NCBI RefSeq assembly: GCF_006345805.1
Contig: NC_043002.1
Span: forward strand, 115,754,001 to 115,818,000
DNA: 64,000 bases
DNA from: Octopus sinensis
Taxonomy: Eukaryota
Direction of reading: 5' to 3'
Part shown: positions 51,401-61,121 of the stretch, one piece after another
Numbering within the stretch: position 1 is the stretch's first letter
Layout: each line of letters opens with the position of its first letter
Program-made: the position numbers and the translations under genes
Notes under the pieces: model-generated
Databases searched by the model: none
Told to the model about the DNA's origin: nothing
What the model saw: the letters and a program-made list of their open reading frames with translations, nothing else

Positions 51401-54400
51401 CACTCATCACTCCTTCTTTCCTGGGCCACTTCTTACTGTCCTCCATCCTTCATTCTTCTCACTGTCACCCACTGGCTCACCAATGACCACTTTCATCCCT
51501 ATCTACCTATGACTATTTCTATCCATCACTCACTCCAACTTACTCTTGCAAACTTTACCCATCCTTCTTCGTTCTTCTGGCCCCACATTCTTTCCAATTC
51601 GCTTACCTAAGGTAGCCCTCAGCACCATCATCTTTCGTTCTTTTTCTAGCATCATACCCTCATCCCACTCAAATATATTGTGGAGTAGGAGGAGGTAAGT
51701 CCTAAATTTGCTCCTACTTAATCCACTCCACTGTCCTTTTTATCACTCACTGACTCATTCTCATTAAACATGTCACTACTCTTTCTCTTCAACTAATCCT
51801 TTCCCTAATGCTCTAAACTTCTCAACTAACACTCTACCAACAATAAGCCTGCTCCTCCAATCATTACTTTAACTTCTCAATACCTTACCTAAAATCGCCA
51901 CTCTTTCTCCTATTCTCCTTCTCTGACAAAGACTGTAGTCTTGTAAGTTACAATTCAACCTCACTAGTGCTGGTACCACAAAAAAGTACCCCATACACTG
52001 TGAAGTGATTGGCATTACAAAGTCATGCCAAAAATAGATCAAGACAATATCCACAGACGCATTGGATCCTGTCAGTGTTCAACCAATGCCATGGTGGAAA
52101 ATGGGTATAAAATGATGACTTCAGTTAATGTATTTCTGTTTTTTAACAGAGTAGGATGTGGTTTGAATGAGATTGGAAGCAATTTCTTGTAGATACCTGT
52201 GCCCAATTACTTTTAAAGTTTGGTAAAGTTACCAAATGTGTGTATATTGTTGCTACATCACTTCCATTTTGTATCAGTGAGCAAACATTCAAATGCATAC
52301 AAGTTCAACTTAATTTCCTTCCCTCTCAGTCTCTCCTAACTACATGGTCTCAGGTTCAGTCCCACTGCATAGCACCTTGGACAACTGTCTTCTACTACAG
52401 CCCTGGGTGGATTTGGCAAACTGAAGGAAGCCTGTCGTGTGTGTGCGTTTCTCTCTCTTTGCCATGACATCGCATGGCAGTTTTTAAATGACTATTATGC
52501 AAGCAGTGTGCTTTGTTTGCAATCTTCTATGAAAAAATATCTGGTCTCGGGAAATACTTTACTTAGAAACAGGTGATGGTTGGCGACAGATTATTAAGTA
52601 TCCAACCACATTAAGTATCTACCTCAACAAATTCCATCTGATCAATGCAGGCATGGAAAAGTACACGTTAAATGATGACAATGATACACGACATTCCTAG
52701 TGTATCAAAAACATTAATTTCTTTGAATGTGATGTTTTTAAGAATCTCAAATTACAATTTTGCAAAAAAAAAATTTTATTCAATTGGCTGCTCTCCGCGC
52801 TTCCGTAAATTTTCAGATTGATGTTTTGAACATCTGAAGTTACGATTCTTCACAAACATCCGAAAAAATTTTCCAAACGTCAAAACCGAATAATTTCGGG
52901 AAATGGTTTCGCCGCGTATCTATATACACGTTTTAGCCTGGTTTTCATTCCGTTTAAAAGCGATAAGAGAATACAAGAAGGGGATGCCAGTTTGTTCTTG
53001 GCTGGAGTAGCTCCCCACCTATCGCCAATTGTCATTTTCATCATGAGATGAAAGCGCCTTCTTCAAGGACTGAATACCTCATCCGATTCAAGAATCGAAC
53101 CCACACCTATCGATTGTAAGCCCAACACCCAAGCCACTCTGCCACGTGCCTTCATACTGTGTCTGTGCATACAATGTACACACGGAACTAGGTACGTGTG
53201 GGTGTGCGTGCATATTTAAAGCTAAATCATTTACCCACATAAAACGAAACAAATTACCCAAAAAAGGGTTTTTGTAATCGATATTTGGCGATGTTGCCCG
53301 ATATTTTTATATTTTTCGAAAATAAAAAACATAACCTTAAAAAATAATTTTCTATATACTTTTTTTTTATGAATTCGGGGAAACATTTTTTGTCTTGTTA
53401 AATTGGTAATTAACATGTTGTAATTGGTGAATGCTTCGTAATAGAAATTATAAACATTTACGTGAAGAAGAATATTTTGTAAAAGGTGAAATTTTGAGCG
53501 ACTGCTTTTGAGGGAGAGAGAAGCCGAGAGAGGGAATTACTACTGCGAAAAGATGGAATTAGCGGCATTTAATCGATCTGTGGGGAATGTTTAACCGTTT
53601 CTATAGAAGAAGACACGTGTCGGGGAAAAGGGAAAGTGAGGATATAAATAATAAATGATTTAAGTTACAAGGAAACTAGTGTCGAAGCTAAAATCGAATC
53701 CGATTTCCATGATTTCGTTGCAAGAAGGAGATTGCAGCCGAGAGACTTTAAAAAGCACTTGGATGGACATGGAAGGAACATATGTATGAGCAATTAAGAT
53801 GAAAACACTCAAGAATTGTCGGTTTAGAAGCAAATAAAAAGCGAAAAGCAAAGGATTCTCGTAAAAGACCCATTTTTAAATGAAGCAAGTAAATTAAACA
53901 CAGGAAATGAACACGTAAATAATTTACGAATATCAATTATGTTTGTTAGGTGTGATTTGTGGAGGAATATTTCGGCAGGTATGTCCAGCAGAATATTATA
54001 TTTTAGTGGATCTGGTCGCAGTTTGGTAAATTATTTCCATAAATATGCGAAGGAATGAACGCAAATGGGAGTTGGAAGAAGAAGAAGATTGTGGACACGT
54101 AGAGGATAGAAACACGAAGGAAGAGAGGGGAAAATGTTTATTTTATCGCTCTGTGGTAATATTACGATCTGCTTGTGAGATATTAGATTCAGCCTTCACT
54201 AAATTTAGAAACTTTAAGTAAGAAATCTTAATTTGACATCGAAAATAAAATCTTCGAAGAGTAAAAATGGCGATCGCACTTGAGGAGGCAGAAGTTGCAA
54301 CAAACTAAATGGATTTACGCTTATTCTGGCGAGAAAAAGTGTCGGAAATATACTGACCATACTTAATTTCGCATCTCTGCATACGACCATAAGGTTCGAA

Positions 54401-54478
54401 TATTTCTTCCAAGTCTCTCTGTCGCGTATTTTTGCTCAATCTTCCGATGAAAAGCTGACCCTCGGCTCTCCGTGACAT
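12937..54478 (-). CDS. SR splicing factor, RRM + CCHC zinc knuckle + RS domain (SRSF7/9G8-like architecture), 272 aa; complement join(54358-54478,41505-41516,33096-33136,15846-15941,13459-13592,12937-13351)
   Basis: Exons of 121+12+41+96+134+415 = 819 nt, all GT-AG and phase-compatible, give MSRRAEGQLFIGRLSKNTRQRDLEEIFEPYGRMQRCEIKY-GAEM-AYAFVDYEDRRDAE-DAIKYENGREVCNSSIIVEWAKGNPRRPLVSN-GYDECYRCHRPGHWARDCPDDRYYGYRRPERSSYYRSPSPRRRR-RSRSRSRSRDRR...SRSRSVSQS*. RNP2 LFIGRL, RNP1 AYAFVDY, knuckle CX2CX4HX4C. Confidence 0.95.
13459..13592 (-). CDS. SR gene exon 5 (134 nt; CCHC zinc knuckle)
   Basis: ttgtttag|GGCTATGAT...CGAAG|gtagtt; CYRCHRPGHWARDC. Confidence 0.92.
15846..15941 (-). CDS. SR gene exon 4 (96 nt; end of RRM)
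   Basis: tttctcactattacag|GATGCTATT...AGTAAT|gtaagt; DAIKYENGREVCNSSIIVEWAKG. Confidence 0.92.
16999..17249. repeat. Near-perfect ~250-bp palindrome (arms 16999-17117 and 17130-17249, 12-nt loop)
   Basis: ggttgtatactgtcaac...ccttatat [atacaaacacaa] atataagg...gttgacagtacacaacc; only scattered mismatches. Confidence 0.92.
18480..19400. repeat. Compound (TA/CA/TG) low-complexity tract
   Basis: Direct read; a similar tract lies at ~23440-23950. Confidence 0.9.
19891..20301 (+). mobile_element. SINE family B copy
   Basis: ttcagtcccactgcatggtaccttgggcaagtgtc, internal (TG)n, 3' tail as in 2757-3179. Confidence 0.78.
20707..20923 (+). mobile_element. SINE family C copy
   Basis: gagttcaaatgcc...gaggtcgataaaataagtaccagtc...gtgccaaaatttgaaaccaatatt. 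Confidence 0.75.
22000..22880 (-). mobile_element. Decayed RTE LINE fragment (3' part of ORF)
   Basis: Revcomp agatgtagtgtgcaagagagacagctgcattgg matches 37990-38025 of the + strand RTE. Confidence 0.6.
24426..24975 (-). mobile_element. 5'-truncated RTE LINE (ORF end plus 3' UTR), relatively well preserved
   Basis: (ATC)n-gtttaacgtccgctttccatgctagc tail, tgcttttacatgccacc subrepeats, and the ORF-end sequence matching ~38195-38290. Confidence 0.8.
25150..25990 (-). mobile_element. CR1/L2-type LINE, decayed 3' ORF2 fragment
   Basis: Minus strand reads FASPVWNPYLAQYINLLETVQKRATK, matching the CR1/L2 consensus EYASxVWNPY...LExVQRRATK; 3' end homologous to 55400-55620. Confidence 0.75.
26545..26905 (+). 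mobile_element. Helentron/DINE-1-like non-autonomous element
   Basis: CCTTGGTGAAGGT subterminal motif at both ends, GTTT/GTCT microsatellite near the 5' end, 3' small stem-loop gcagtctctgggtgc; second partial copy at 46030-46228. Confidence 0.55.
31874..32012. repeat. (TG)n microsatellite
   Basis: Direct read. Confidence 0.97.
33096..33136 (-). CDS. SR gene exon 3 (41 nt; RNP1 YAFVDYEDRRDAE)
   Basis: tatatttcag|CTTATGCT...GCCGAG|gtatgt. Confidence 0.92.
34310..34700 (+). pseudogene. piggyBac-family transposase remnant
   Basis: LYYQAGEKLIINKEMEGYKGQTYFQKYIPGKPTK*SVMV*KICEMSSG fits the piggyBac consensus PGxxLSIDExM..KG...KQYIPxKPxKWG; in-frame stops. Confidence 0.72.
35810..38733 (+). mobile_element. 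RTE-clade LINE, 5'-truncated and inactivated (endonuclease C-terminus, RT, 3' UTR, (GAT)n)
   Basis: TYRSGGHTSQIDYILT (APE), MQFGFVSGKSATGAIF and YLAFIDM (RT), LYADDL at ~37281; multiple stops and frameshifts; tail ends 38733. Confidence 0.92.
38764..40400 (-). mobile_element. Second RTE-clade LINE, decayed and internally deleted, tail-to-tail with the previous copy
   Basis: ORF 39983..40381 (VGILLAEK, VSAYASQ, GGYGYGARNEEG), 39781..39978 (QIDYILTK), 38800..39039 (LAFVDLEKPFDR); (ATC)n tail at 38766. Confidence 0.85.
41505..41516 (-). CDS. SR gene 12-nt microexon GTGCTGAAATGG (adds GAEM)
   Basis: tttatttttcag|GTGCTGAAATGG|gtaagt; strong acceptor and consensus donor; phase 1-1 fits between exon 1 and the RNP1 exon. 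Confidence 0.8.
42660..43430 (+). mobile_element. Decayed mariner transposon (second family)
   Basis: WVHHFEPETKRQSIQWKH, MASVFWDASGIVFTDYLQKGYTINGEYY, SDYHLFPNMKK spread over frameshifted ORFs; right end actttttagccaagcctca|TA; left end not resolved. Confidence 0.85.
44418..44758 (+). mobile_element. Non-autonomous Helitron
   Basis: A|TCTCTATATATATAAA 5' end, CTAG|T 3' end; closely matches 61122-61467. Confidence 0.78.
46030..46228 (+). mobile_element. Helentron/DINE-1-like element, 3' part
   Basis: Aligns with 26706-26905; ends ccttggcagaggtttgcactctctgaatgc. Confidence 0.6.
46253..46478 (+). mobile_element. SINE family C copy
   Basis: gagttcaaattccaccgaggttgactctgcctttcatcc...aataagtaccag, (TTA)n tail. 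Confidence 0.78.
46700..47720 (+). mobile_element. Decayed Penelope-like retroelement (RT and linker region)
   Basis: Remnant peptides VTTETNLKILDCLEVNLDSNTSTYK, SNLSSNKETFNATA.YYNK and TWFSPPFSLNVKTCLGRIYLNLVYKHF...KIFNRHIL resemble the PLE consensus IIWFNPPYS.NV.TNIG..FL.LV.KHF...KIFNRNT (recalled family pattern, not searched). Confidence 0.62.
47081..47268. repeat. Tandem array, 4 x 47 bp (CTTAATTCCCTTGGGGTCAAGTCACAACAGAGACCAACTTGAAAATA)
   Basis: Copies start at 47081, 47128, 47175 and 47222; only two substitutions across the array. Confidence 0.95.
48640..51030 (+). mobile_element. Third RTE-clade LINE, heavily decayed
   Basis: Endonuclease remnants (AYALQSEL...QKDQ, WNEERRRLLE), RT remnants at 49920-50150 (VLPNDWHSSIIFSCYKDKG...LDEMQF), ORF-end motif gtgcaagagagaagactgcattgg at ~50820. 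Confidence 0.75.
52335..52685 (+). mobile_element. SINE family B copy
   Basis: ggttcagtcccactgcatagcaccttggacaac; tail gcatggaaaagtacacgttaaatgatga. Confidence 0.7.
52960..53152 (-). mobile_element. tRNA-derived SINE (family D head)
   Basis: Minus strand: TGGCAGAGTGG A-box, GGTTCGATTCT B-box, CAGTCCTTGAAGAAGGCGCT; no acceptor stem. Confidence 0.6.
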
Positions 54479-54705
54479 GATGGCTGCTTCACCGTTGAAT
54501 TACGACTGAAAACGGGGATTCGAGAGCAGAACGATTATTTTTAGCCGCATTTAACTTTTACTCAACCGTTTAAATAATCAACGAGAATTGATGGCAACAA
54601 TTAACGCTCCTTGCATATTTCATTTTACTTATTTATCACTGTTTTTCACTAAAGATCACACAATTTGATGGACTTGCACAAATCCTTGCAAACAGAAGAT
54701 GGCGG
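54264..54705. promoter_or_regulatory. 5' regulatory region of the SR gene: CpG-retaining segment with two YY1-like motifs (AAAATGGCG 54264-54272; AAGATGGCGG 54696-54705)
   Basis: Both motifs match the AANATGGCG YY1 consensus and flank coding exon 1; CG dinucleotides are visibly more frequent from ~52.8 to 54.7 kb. Confidence 0.35.
54358..54478 (-). CDS. SR gene coding exon 1 (ATG at 54478; RNP2)
   Basis: gcagccatcATGTCACGG...AAGTATG|gtcagt; an upstream acceptor gttttcag at ~54506 implies a further 5'UTR exon. Confidence 0.92.
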
Positions 54706-55248
54706 TCTTGAGATTTCCACCAAGAAATATTGATTTTCATTTCATTTCATTTTATTTGCTTTTATTTCTGTTTTCATCACTTTCATACAGCTTTTTTTTT
54801 TTTTTCGTTACTTATTCAAAAGCATATTCTTATTTTAAAAAAGATCAGATTTTTGGGTTTGGTATTCTGAATAGGCTGGAAAAATAACTTTATTATAGAA
54901 TCATTTTCTAAAATGACAAATTTGAAGTAAAAATTAAACAATTATTTTTCTTGCTCCTACAACATTTGAATATTCAGAAAAATAAAATGTAATTATAATT
55001 AACTTCCAAATTTGTTGCTCATATGCTTGCTCAGAATCCAAGCTCATGTTTAGTGTCATTCATTAAAAATAGATAGTAGAGAATACAAGATTTAACAACT
55101 TCCTCAATTGTTTCATAATTTCAATTTTAATTTGGTGCAAAAGGAACCAAATATAAAATGTAAAATGCTTTTCTGAGGAACTATGTCAATAACTCAGATT
55201 GTTCACAAATATCAGTTTTTCAAAATTACCCAGATGAACTTATATATA

Positions 55249-55625
55249 TAATAATAATAATAATAATGAAATTATTGTATACAGTGCTCAGGTGCACCAC
55301 AACTTGTGAAAAGTGCATATAAAGCATATGCAGTAATGTACAAATGTCTGGAAAATGAACAGTGAATGAGTCAGATACATGCTTGCGTGTGTATGGAGGG
55401 GAGACAATCAGGTGTAGTGTTGGCAAATCTCAGGAAGCATGGAAGTTTTGAAGGATGCAGTGCTCCGACAACTAACAACTGATGCCGGCAGTTTGTTCCA
55501 TGCTTCAGCAACTCTTAACGTGAAAAAATGTTTCCAAAAGTCATGGGAGCTGTACTGTTTTCTGACTTTGTAAACATGTTCACGAGTGTTAGACAGGTGG
55601 AGTTTGAAAAGGTGCTCAGAGTTTT
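55249..55625 (-). mobile_element. CR1/L2-type LINE 3' end with (TTA)n-type tail
   Basis: ORF 55408..55635 FFTLRVAEAWNKLPASVV matches the CR1 terminal motif FFSxRVVxxWNxLP; (AAT)n at 55249-55266. Confidence 0.82.
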
Positions 55626-56831
55626 TGTACTTCATTTGCCTTTCAGTGTGTAAAGTTCTAATTTTGAAATTTTCTATTTAATTTTTATTCAAGTCATATA
55701 AAACACATCCAGTAATATCAAATATATCAAAAGCAGAAGAATATTAGATACCTAGATTAGTCCATTTAAGCATAAGTGGCATAAAAATATTACTGAATAC
55801 ATTATGAAACATCAGTTGTTTTCATTCATTGTCTTTATTGGTTCAACTTTCTATTTTCTATTAATATGGATTGGAACATATAATGTAGTATCAGAGAGGA
55901 TAGTCAAAATTTTAACATCAAGTTAACTTGTGTTGTGTGTTTGGTAGATATAGAGGTAAATTGTGTTTTGCTGTAATGTGGGACGGCCATAACACTGATA
56001 ATAAACACACACACTAGTTCAATTTCACTTCTTTATTATTAGTCAACTAGGTCATTGCCTGTCGTTATACTGCCTGTAAAAATATTTGTTAATCATGCAC
56101 ATACATTCGTAAATTGTTCAAAATGAAAGTTTGTTTTCTTCGTCTGTGTTGTCAAAATGTTGAAAGACATAGAAATACACACATACTTACACACACACAA
56201 ACAATCCCAAAAAGATAAAAACTTATATATTATATACATTCATATAGCCTTTCTTTGAAGTTGGTGCTGTGCTGTGATGACAGATTTGCACTTAAAATTC
56301 CTGCATTTTTAATCAAGAACTTGTTAGTCACTATGGTGACAACACTAACTATTTATCTATCTTTCACACACACTCTTTCTCTCACTGTATTTCTCAACAA
56401 CTATTTCTGCTCTCCATTTTCTACTCAAAGGTCTTTTTCAAAGTCTGTCTCTACGTTGACAGACAGAGAATAAACCTCACACTCACACAAACAAACAACA
56501 ACAAAAAAAATATCTATATATATTTTATAAATTTATACATATAGTTTTTATTAATGTGTTTTGCATTGTGTTGACAGACTCACACTTGTTAGTATGTTAA
56601 TTACAAAATTTGTTAGTTATTATAATGACAACACTACCATTTTATCTCTCTTTCACACATGAGAGAGATAGTGTGTACACTATCTCTCTCATTGTATTTC
56701 TCTCTTGAGAACAACTTTTTCTCTTTTCCTTCTTTTAATCAAAGTGTAACTCTTTTTTTTTGATCTGTTGCATTGTCTATATGTTGTAAGAGACAGAAAC
56801 ACACATGCACACAAATAACAAAAAAGTAACT

Positions 56832-56880
<49 letters not shown>

Positions 56881-56916
56881 CAGATAGACAGACAGACAGA
56901 TAGACAGACAGACAGA
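56832..56916. repeat. (GATA)n/(GACA)n tetranucleotide repeat
   Basis: Direct read. Confidence 0.95.
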
Positions 56917-58164
56917 AGATGAGCCAATGGGAAAGTCAGTACATAGTCACATGATCTACTGAAAATAGTAAGTTAAATCTCCCTTAAATCACATCATACT
57001 ATCTTGCAGAAAGGAAAGGGCACATTGAACAAAGTAGAACCTGATATATAAAAATAAAAGATTGGTCATGACTGGAATGCTTTTGAACATGTCACATATT
57101 TGTTTTCCTGATCTATCCAAGTACCAACTGTATTAGAAACCATATATATATATATATATTCTCTGACATTATCATTCAAGATGTATTCAACAATTTTGCC
57201 AGATTTTAACAGATTGAATAAACCGTCGCATTTAATCCTACCTGGTTTTCTCATTCTTCCTTTATCTACACACGCACATATATTGGAACTCAAACCAACT
57301 TAATTCATCAATGCAATTACCTCATTAAAATTCTATTTCCTCATTCAGACTCTTACTTCTTTCTCCTTTTCACCCTTGTTCATCTTTCACAGATGCCCTT
57401 TCTTCTGCCACTCCATTTGTTACATTGCCCCATAGAAAAAGAGACAACATAAAGTGAAGGTAAGGAAGAAACTACTGCTTTGGTCTTGCAGAGTACAAGA
57501 CAACTTCATTGATGCTGGCACCACATTAAATTACACCTAAGACACTCTGTCAAGTGGTTTGTGAACAAGTAAAGATAAGTAGGGTCAGGCTGAATTTATA
57601 GGGGTGCAGAGGGGGCAATTGCCCCAGGCACCTAGATATTTGGGGGACCCTGCTAGAAAGGGTATGCAGCACTCAATACAGGAGGGTCCCTCCCAGCAAT
57701 CAGACATGAAGAGGCTCTCTTTCAATATACAAAGGTATCTTGATGTCTTAAAAAATGTAATGGATTCTTTTTTTATGCTAGCCACCTTAGAGACACCAAA
57801 GCACTTACAATTCTTTTGGGAATTGTAGCTGCTTTTTGGGACAACAGAAAAAAGGAAAACAACAAAACATTCCTGAAAGTGTATGTATGTATCCATGAGT
57901 GTATGTGTGTTTGTGTATGTATGTATGTAAGTATGAATGTATCTCTTATTATAAAAGGCAGATTTTATCTGCCTCCCTTTGTCTCTTATAGAAATCTACA
58001 ATATAGGATTTCTTCAATTACAATTTACCTAGCATTTTTAAGAGTAGAATACATCGGGTCATGCCAGGTACAGTTTTTCAAATTTCACCCCCAATTAAGC
58101 AAAATTTCGAGAAAACTCACATTGTGGTGTGTAAGTGAAGTGCTTTTCTTAGTGTGGGCTACAG

Positions 58165-58195
<31 letters not shown>

Positions 58196-58929
58196 AGCGA
58201 AATGCTTCACTCATGCTATCACCCTAATTTCTCCTCCTTTCTCTTTGCAAGTGTGCAACGATTAAAGTGAAAGTATTTATATAAAACGAGAGAAGTGTAC
58301 CTTAAACCACTACTCAAAAAAAAAAAACAACACAGCAAACAGAAACAAATAAATACATAACGATTTACTCCTCACACAATTTCTTCAATTAGAGTTTACC
58401 TATGATTTTTCAAAGTACTTCCATTCGGTCATGGCATAAAAAATTTCTTTCAATTTCACCCCCATTTCAGAAAAAATTCGAGAAAACTAAATATTTTACC
58501 ATTTCACTCTTTCACTCTGCATATTACTCCCACTTCCTCTTTACACACATAGACACGCAAATATATAAATAAAATTGTAAGCTAACGTGTGTGTGTGTGT
58601 GTGTGCGTGTGTGTGAGTGTGTGTGTGTGTGTGTGCATGTGTGTGTGTGTGAGGGTGCGTGTGTGTCTGTGTGTGTGCGTGTGTGTGAGTGTGTGACAGA
58701 CTGGTCATCCTTTTTGCTAGATCACCTATGGTCTTATATGCTACACCACTGGTTTTCAGTTCATATTAATCAAATTAATATTCACAAGAAGGACTATTCA
58801 TTATAATACATCAGTTCCACACATTTACCCTGGTTCCATTTCGGACAACTGCACAAACATTTGCCATTTCACACATGTATGTAAACAAATTCCTTTCTTA
58901 AAAATTTCAATTCATTTTCTTTTTCAATT

Positions 58930-59620
58930 CATACAAAGTTTTTTAGGACGAATATAAGATCTAAAGTATATCCAAGTAGCAGAAAGATCGCCCAAAAGTG
59001 TATATAGATATTTAAATGTATTTATATATTCATCTATACACAGATGTATGTATAATGTGTGTATATATATTTCCATAGAGGTAACCTTTCACTCCATACA
59101 AAGTTATTTAGGACGAATATAAGATCTAAGGTATATCCAAGTAGCAGAAAGATCGCCCAAAAGTGTATATAGATATTTAAATGTATTTATATATTCATCT
59201 ATACACAGATGTATGTGTATAATGTGTGTGTATATATTTCCATAGAGGTAACCTTTCACTCCATACAAAGTTTTTTAGGACGAAAATAAGATCTAAAGTT
59301 ATCTCTAAGTAGCACAAATATCGCCCAAAAGTGTATATAGAAAAATAAATGTATTTATATATTCATCTATGCACACATGTATGTATAACGTGTGTGTATA
59401 TATTTCCATAGAGGTAACCATTCACTCCATACAAAGTTTTTTAGGACGAAAATAAGATCTAAAGTTATCTTTAAGAAACAGAAAGATCGCCCAGAAGTGT
59501 ATATAGATATTTAAATGTATTTATATATTCATCTATACACACATGTATGTATAATGTGCATGTATATATTTCCATAGAGGTAACCATTCAATCTATACAA
59601 AGTTTTTTAGGACGAAAATA
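58930..59620. repeat. Tandem array, ~4.2 x 165-167 bp, inside the Helitron
   Basis: Units start at 58930, 59095, 59262, 59428 and 59594 (catacaaagttttttaggacga...gaggtaacc). Confidence 0.93.
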
Positions 59621-59867
59621 TTTATATATAAAAGAAAGGTTGTGTGTCTGTCTACTCTGATTTAGATTCCTAACTACTCCCACATTTTGCGATGCAGTTT
59701 AACCAAAACCGAGTATCTTATAGTCGTGATTCATATCGAGCCCTTCTGTGTATTAGCGCGTGTCTACGATGAGTCTACGATTTTACAAATAATTTACCAT
59801 CATTTTTTTCCATTTTAATGCATATTTCTTTAAATAAAGGGAAGTAACTCTCAAAATTCACACCAAT

Positions 59868-60389
59868 ATGCGTGCTCATATGCGACATAATATCACATCA
59901 GCAGCATTTCCTCACACCCTCCTTGCACTTGGCGAAGGCAAAATACCAGGGGATGAAAATGGTAATATTGCCATCAATTCCATTTGTACCATTGTTAAGA
60001 CGCCTTCTGATCTCAGAGATGCAGTGTTCCCAGATCTACAAGCTAATTATCAGAATATGGATTGGATTGGCAAAAAGGCTATACTGGCCCCGAGGAATAA
60101 AGCTGTTCACCATATTAATGATGAAATGCTAAAACTCATTCCTGGGGAAGTCTATGTATATCAGTCTATCGATACAACTCCTGACCCAGAGGACGTCATC
60201 AACTATCCAATGGAGGTACTCAATTCCTTTGAGCACCCCGGACTACCACCACACTTTCTCAAACTTAAAGTTGGTGCCCCTATAATGCTCATCAGAAATT
60301 TGGTTCCCCCAAAACAATGCTATGGCACACGTTTGATCGTTAAGTCCTTATCTCCCACCGTAAACTTATATCAATATTTGCCTGAATAA
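59868..60389 (+). pseudogene. Helitron RepHel PIF1-like helicase fragment (173 aa)
   Basis: AILAPRN, YPMEVLNSFEHPGLPPHFLKLKVGAPIMLIRNLVPPKQCYGTRLIV are typical Helitron helicase motifs; lacks the Rep domain, the N-terminal helicase motifs and the C-terminal QFP/TINKSQG motifs. Confidence 0.88.
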
Positions 60390-61121
60390 TCATCATAATT
60401 CAGTGCAATCATTAACAGTACTTTCAAGCAATTCAGCCCCGAGCAATGCCAGGCAATTCTGCTAGTATAAAGATAAAGAGATTGATAGAAAAATGTTATT
60501 GTCTCTAGGCCAAATCCCTTCATTCAATGCTTGACCTTGGCTTGATTAATAGCAGTTAAAGGCACACACACACACACACATTTCTACTTCTAAATTTATT
60601 TCAGTGAGGCTTTGAAAGCTGGTCTTATTTTATGAAGTAAGTAAAAAAAACTTTTGAATTTAGTTTTAATTATAAAATTACATCTCTCAACAGCTAAAAG
60701 CATTCTTTTTCAGCTTTAGAATTATTGCATTTATATTCAAATGTTTAATTAAATCAAACCTTTTTTCGTATATTTTTCGGCATTCTGTCAAATGCTTGGA
60801 ATTACTATATTGGAAGTGGGACAAAATTGGTAACTGGGTCAAAATGAATAATGATTTCTTGTTATTTTCTCTCATTTTGTACCATTACATCATCTTTGGC
60901 AGTAAAATTTGGTCAGTATAGTTTACATAGTTGTTGAAGTTGAAAGGTTGAAACATAAGTGACAGGTACTATTTTCAAGAAACTTTTCCTCAAATTTGAC
61001 CCAATTGTAATTGAGGTAGCTAATAAAATATCAGAATAATTTTTGGAGAAGAAACTATAAAGATATTTAATGTTGGGTTTTTAGATTTAGTTGAGTTTCA
61101 TTAATATCATATTATGTGCTA

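Larger units (their letters stand above)
57942..60465 (+). mobile_element. Composite non-autonomous Helitron with helicase remnant
   Basis: A|TCTCTTATTATAAAAG 5' end; 3' imperfect hairpin cccgagcaatgccagg then CTAG|T at 60462-60466; a second 5'-end-like motif tttatatataaaagaaaggttgtgtgtctgtct at ~59621. Confidence 0.72.

Noticed and set aside
54267-54308. Short plus-strand ORF ATGGCGATCGCA...TAA in a good Kozak-like context
   Set aside because: Only 13 codons with no splice continuation; the ATGGCG is better explained as a YY1-like motif.
59868-60389. Cellular PIF1 helicase gene
   Set aside because: Truncated at both ends, intronless, and bounded by Helitron termini.
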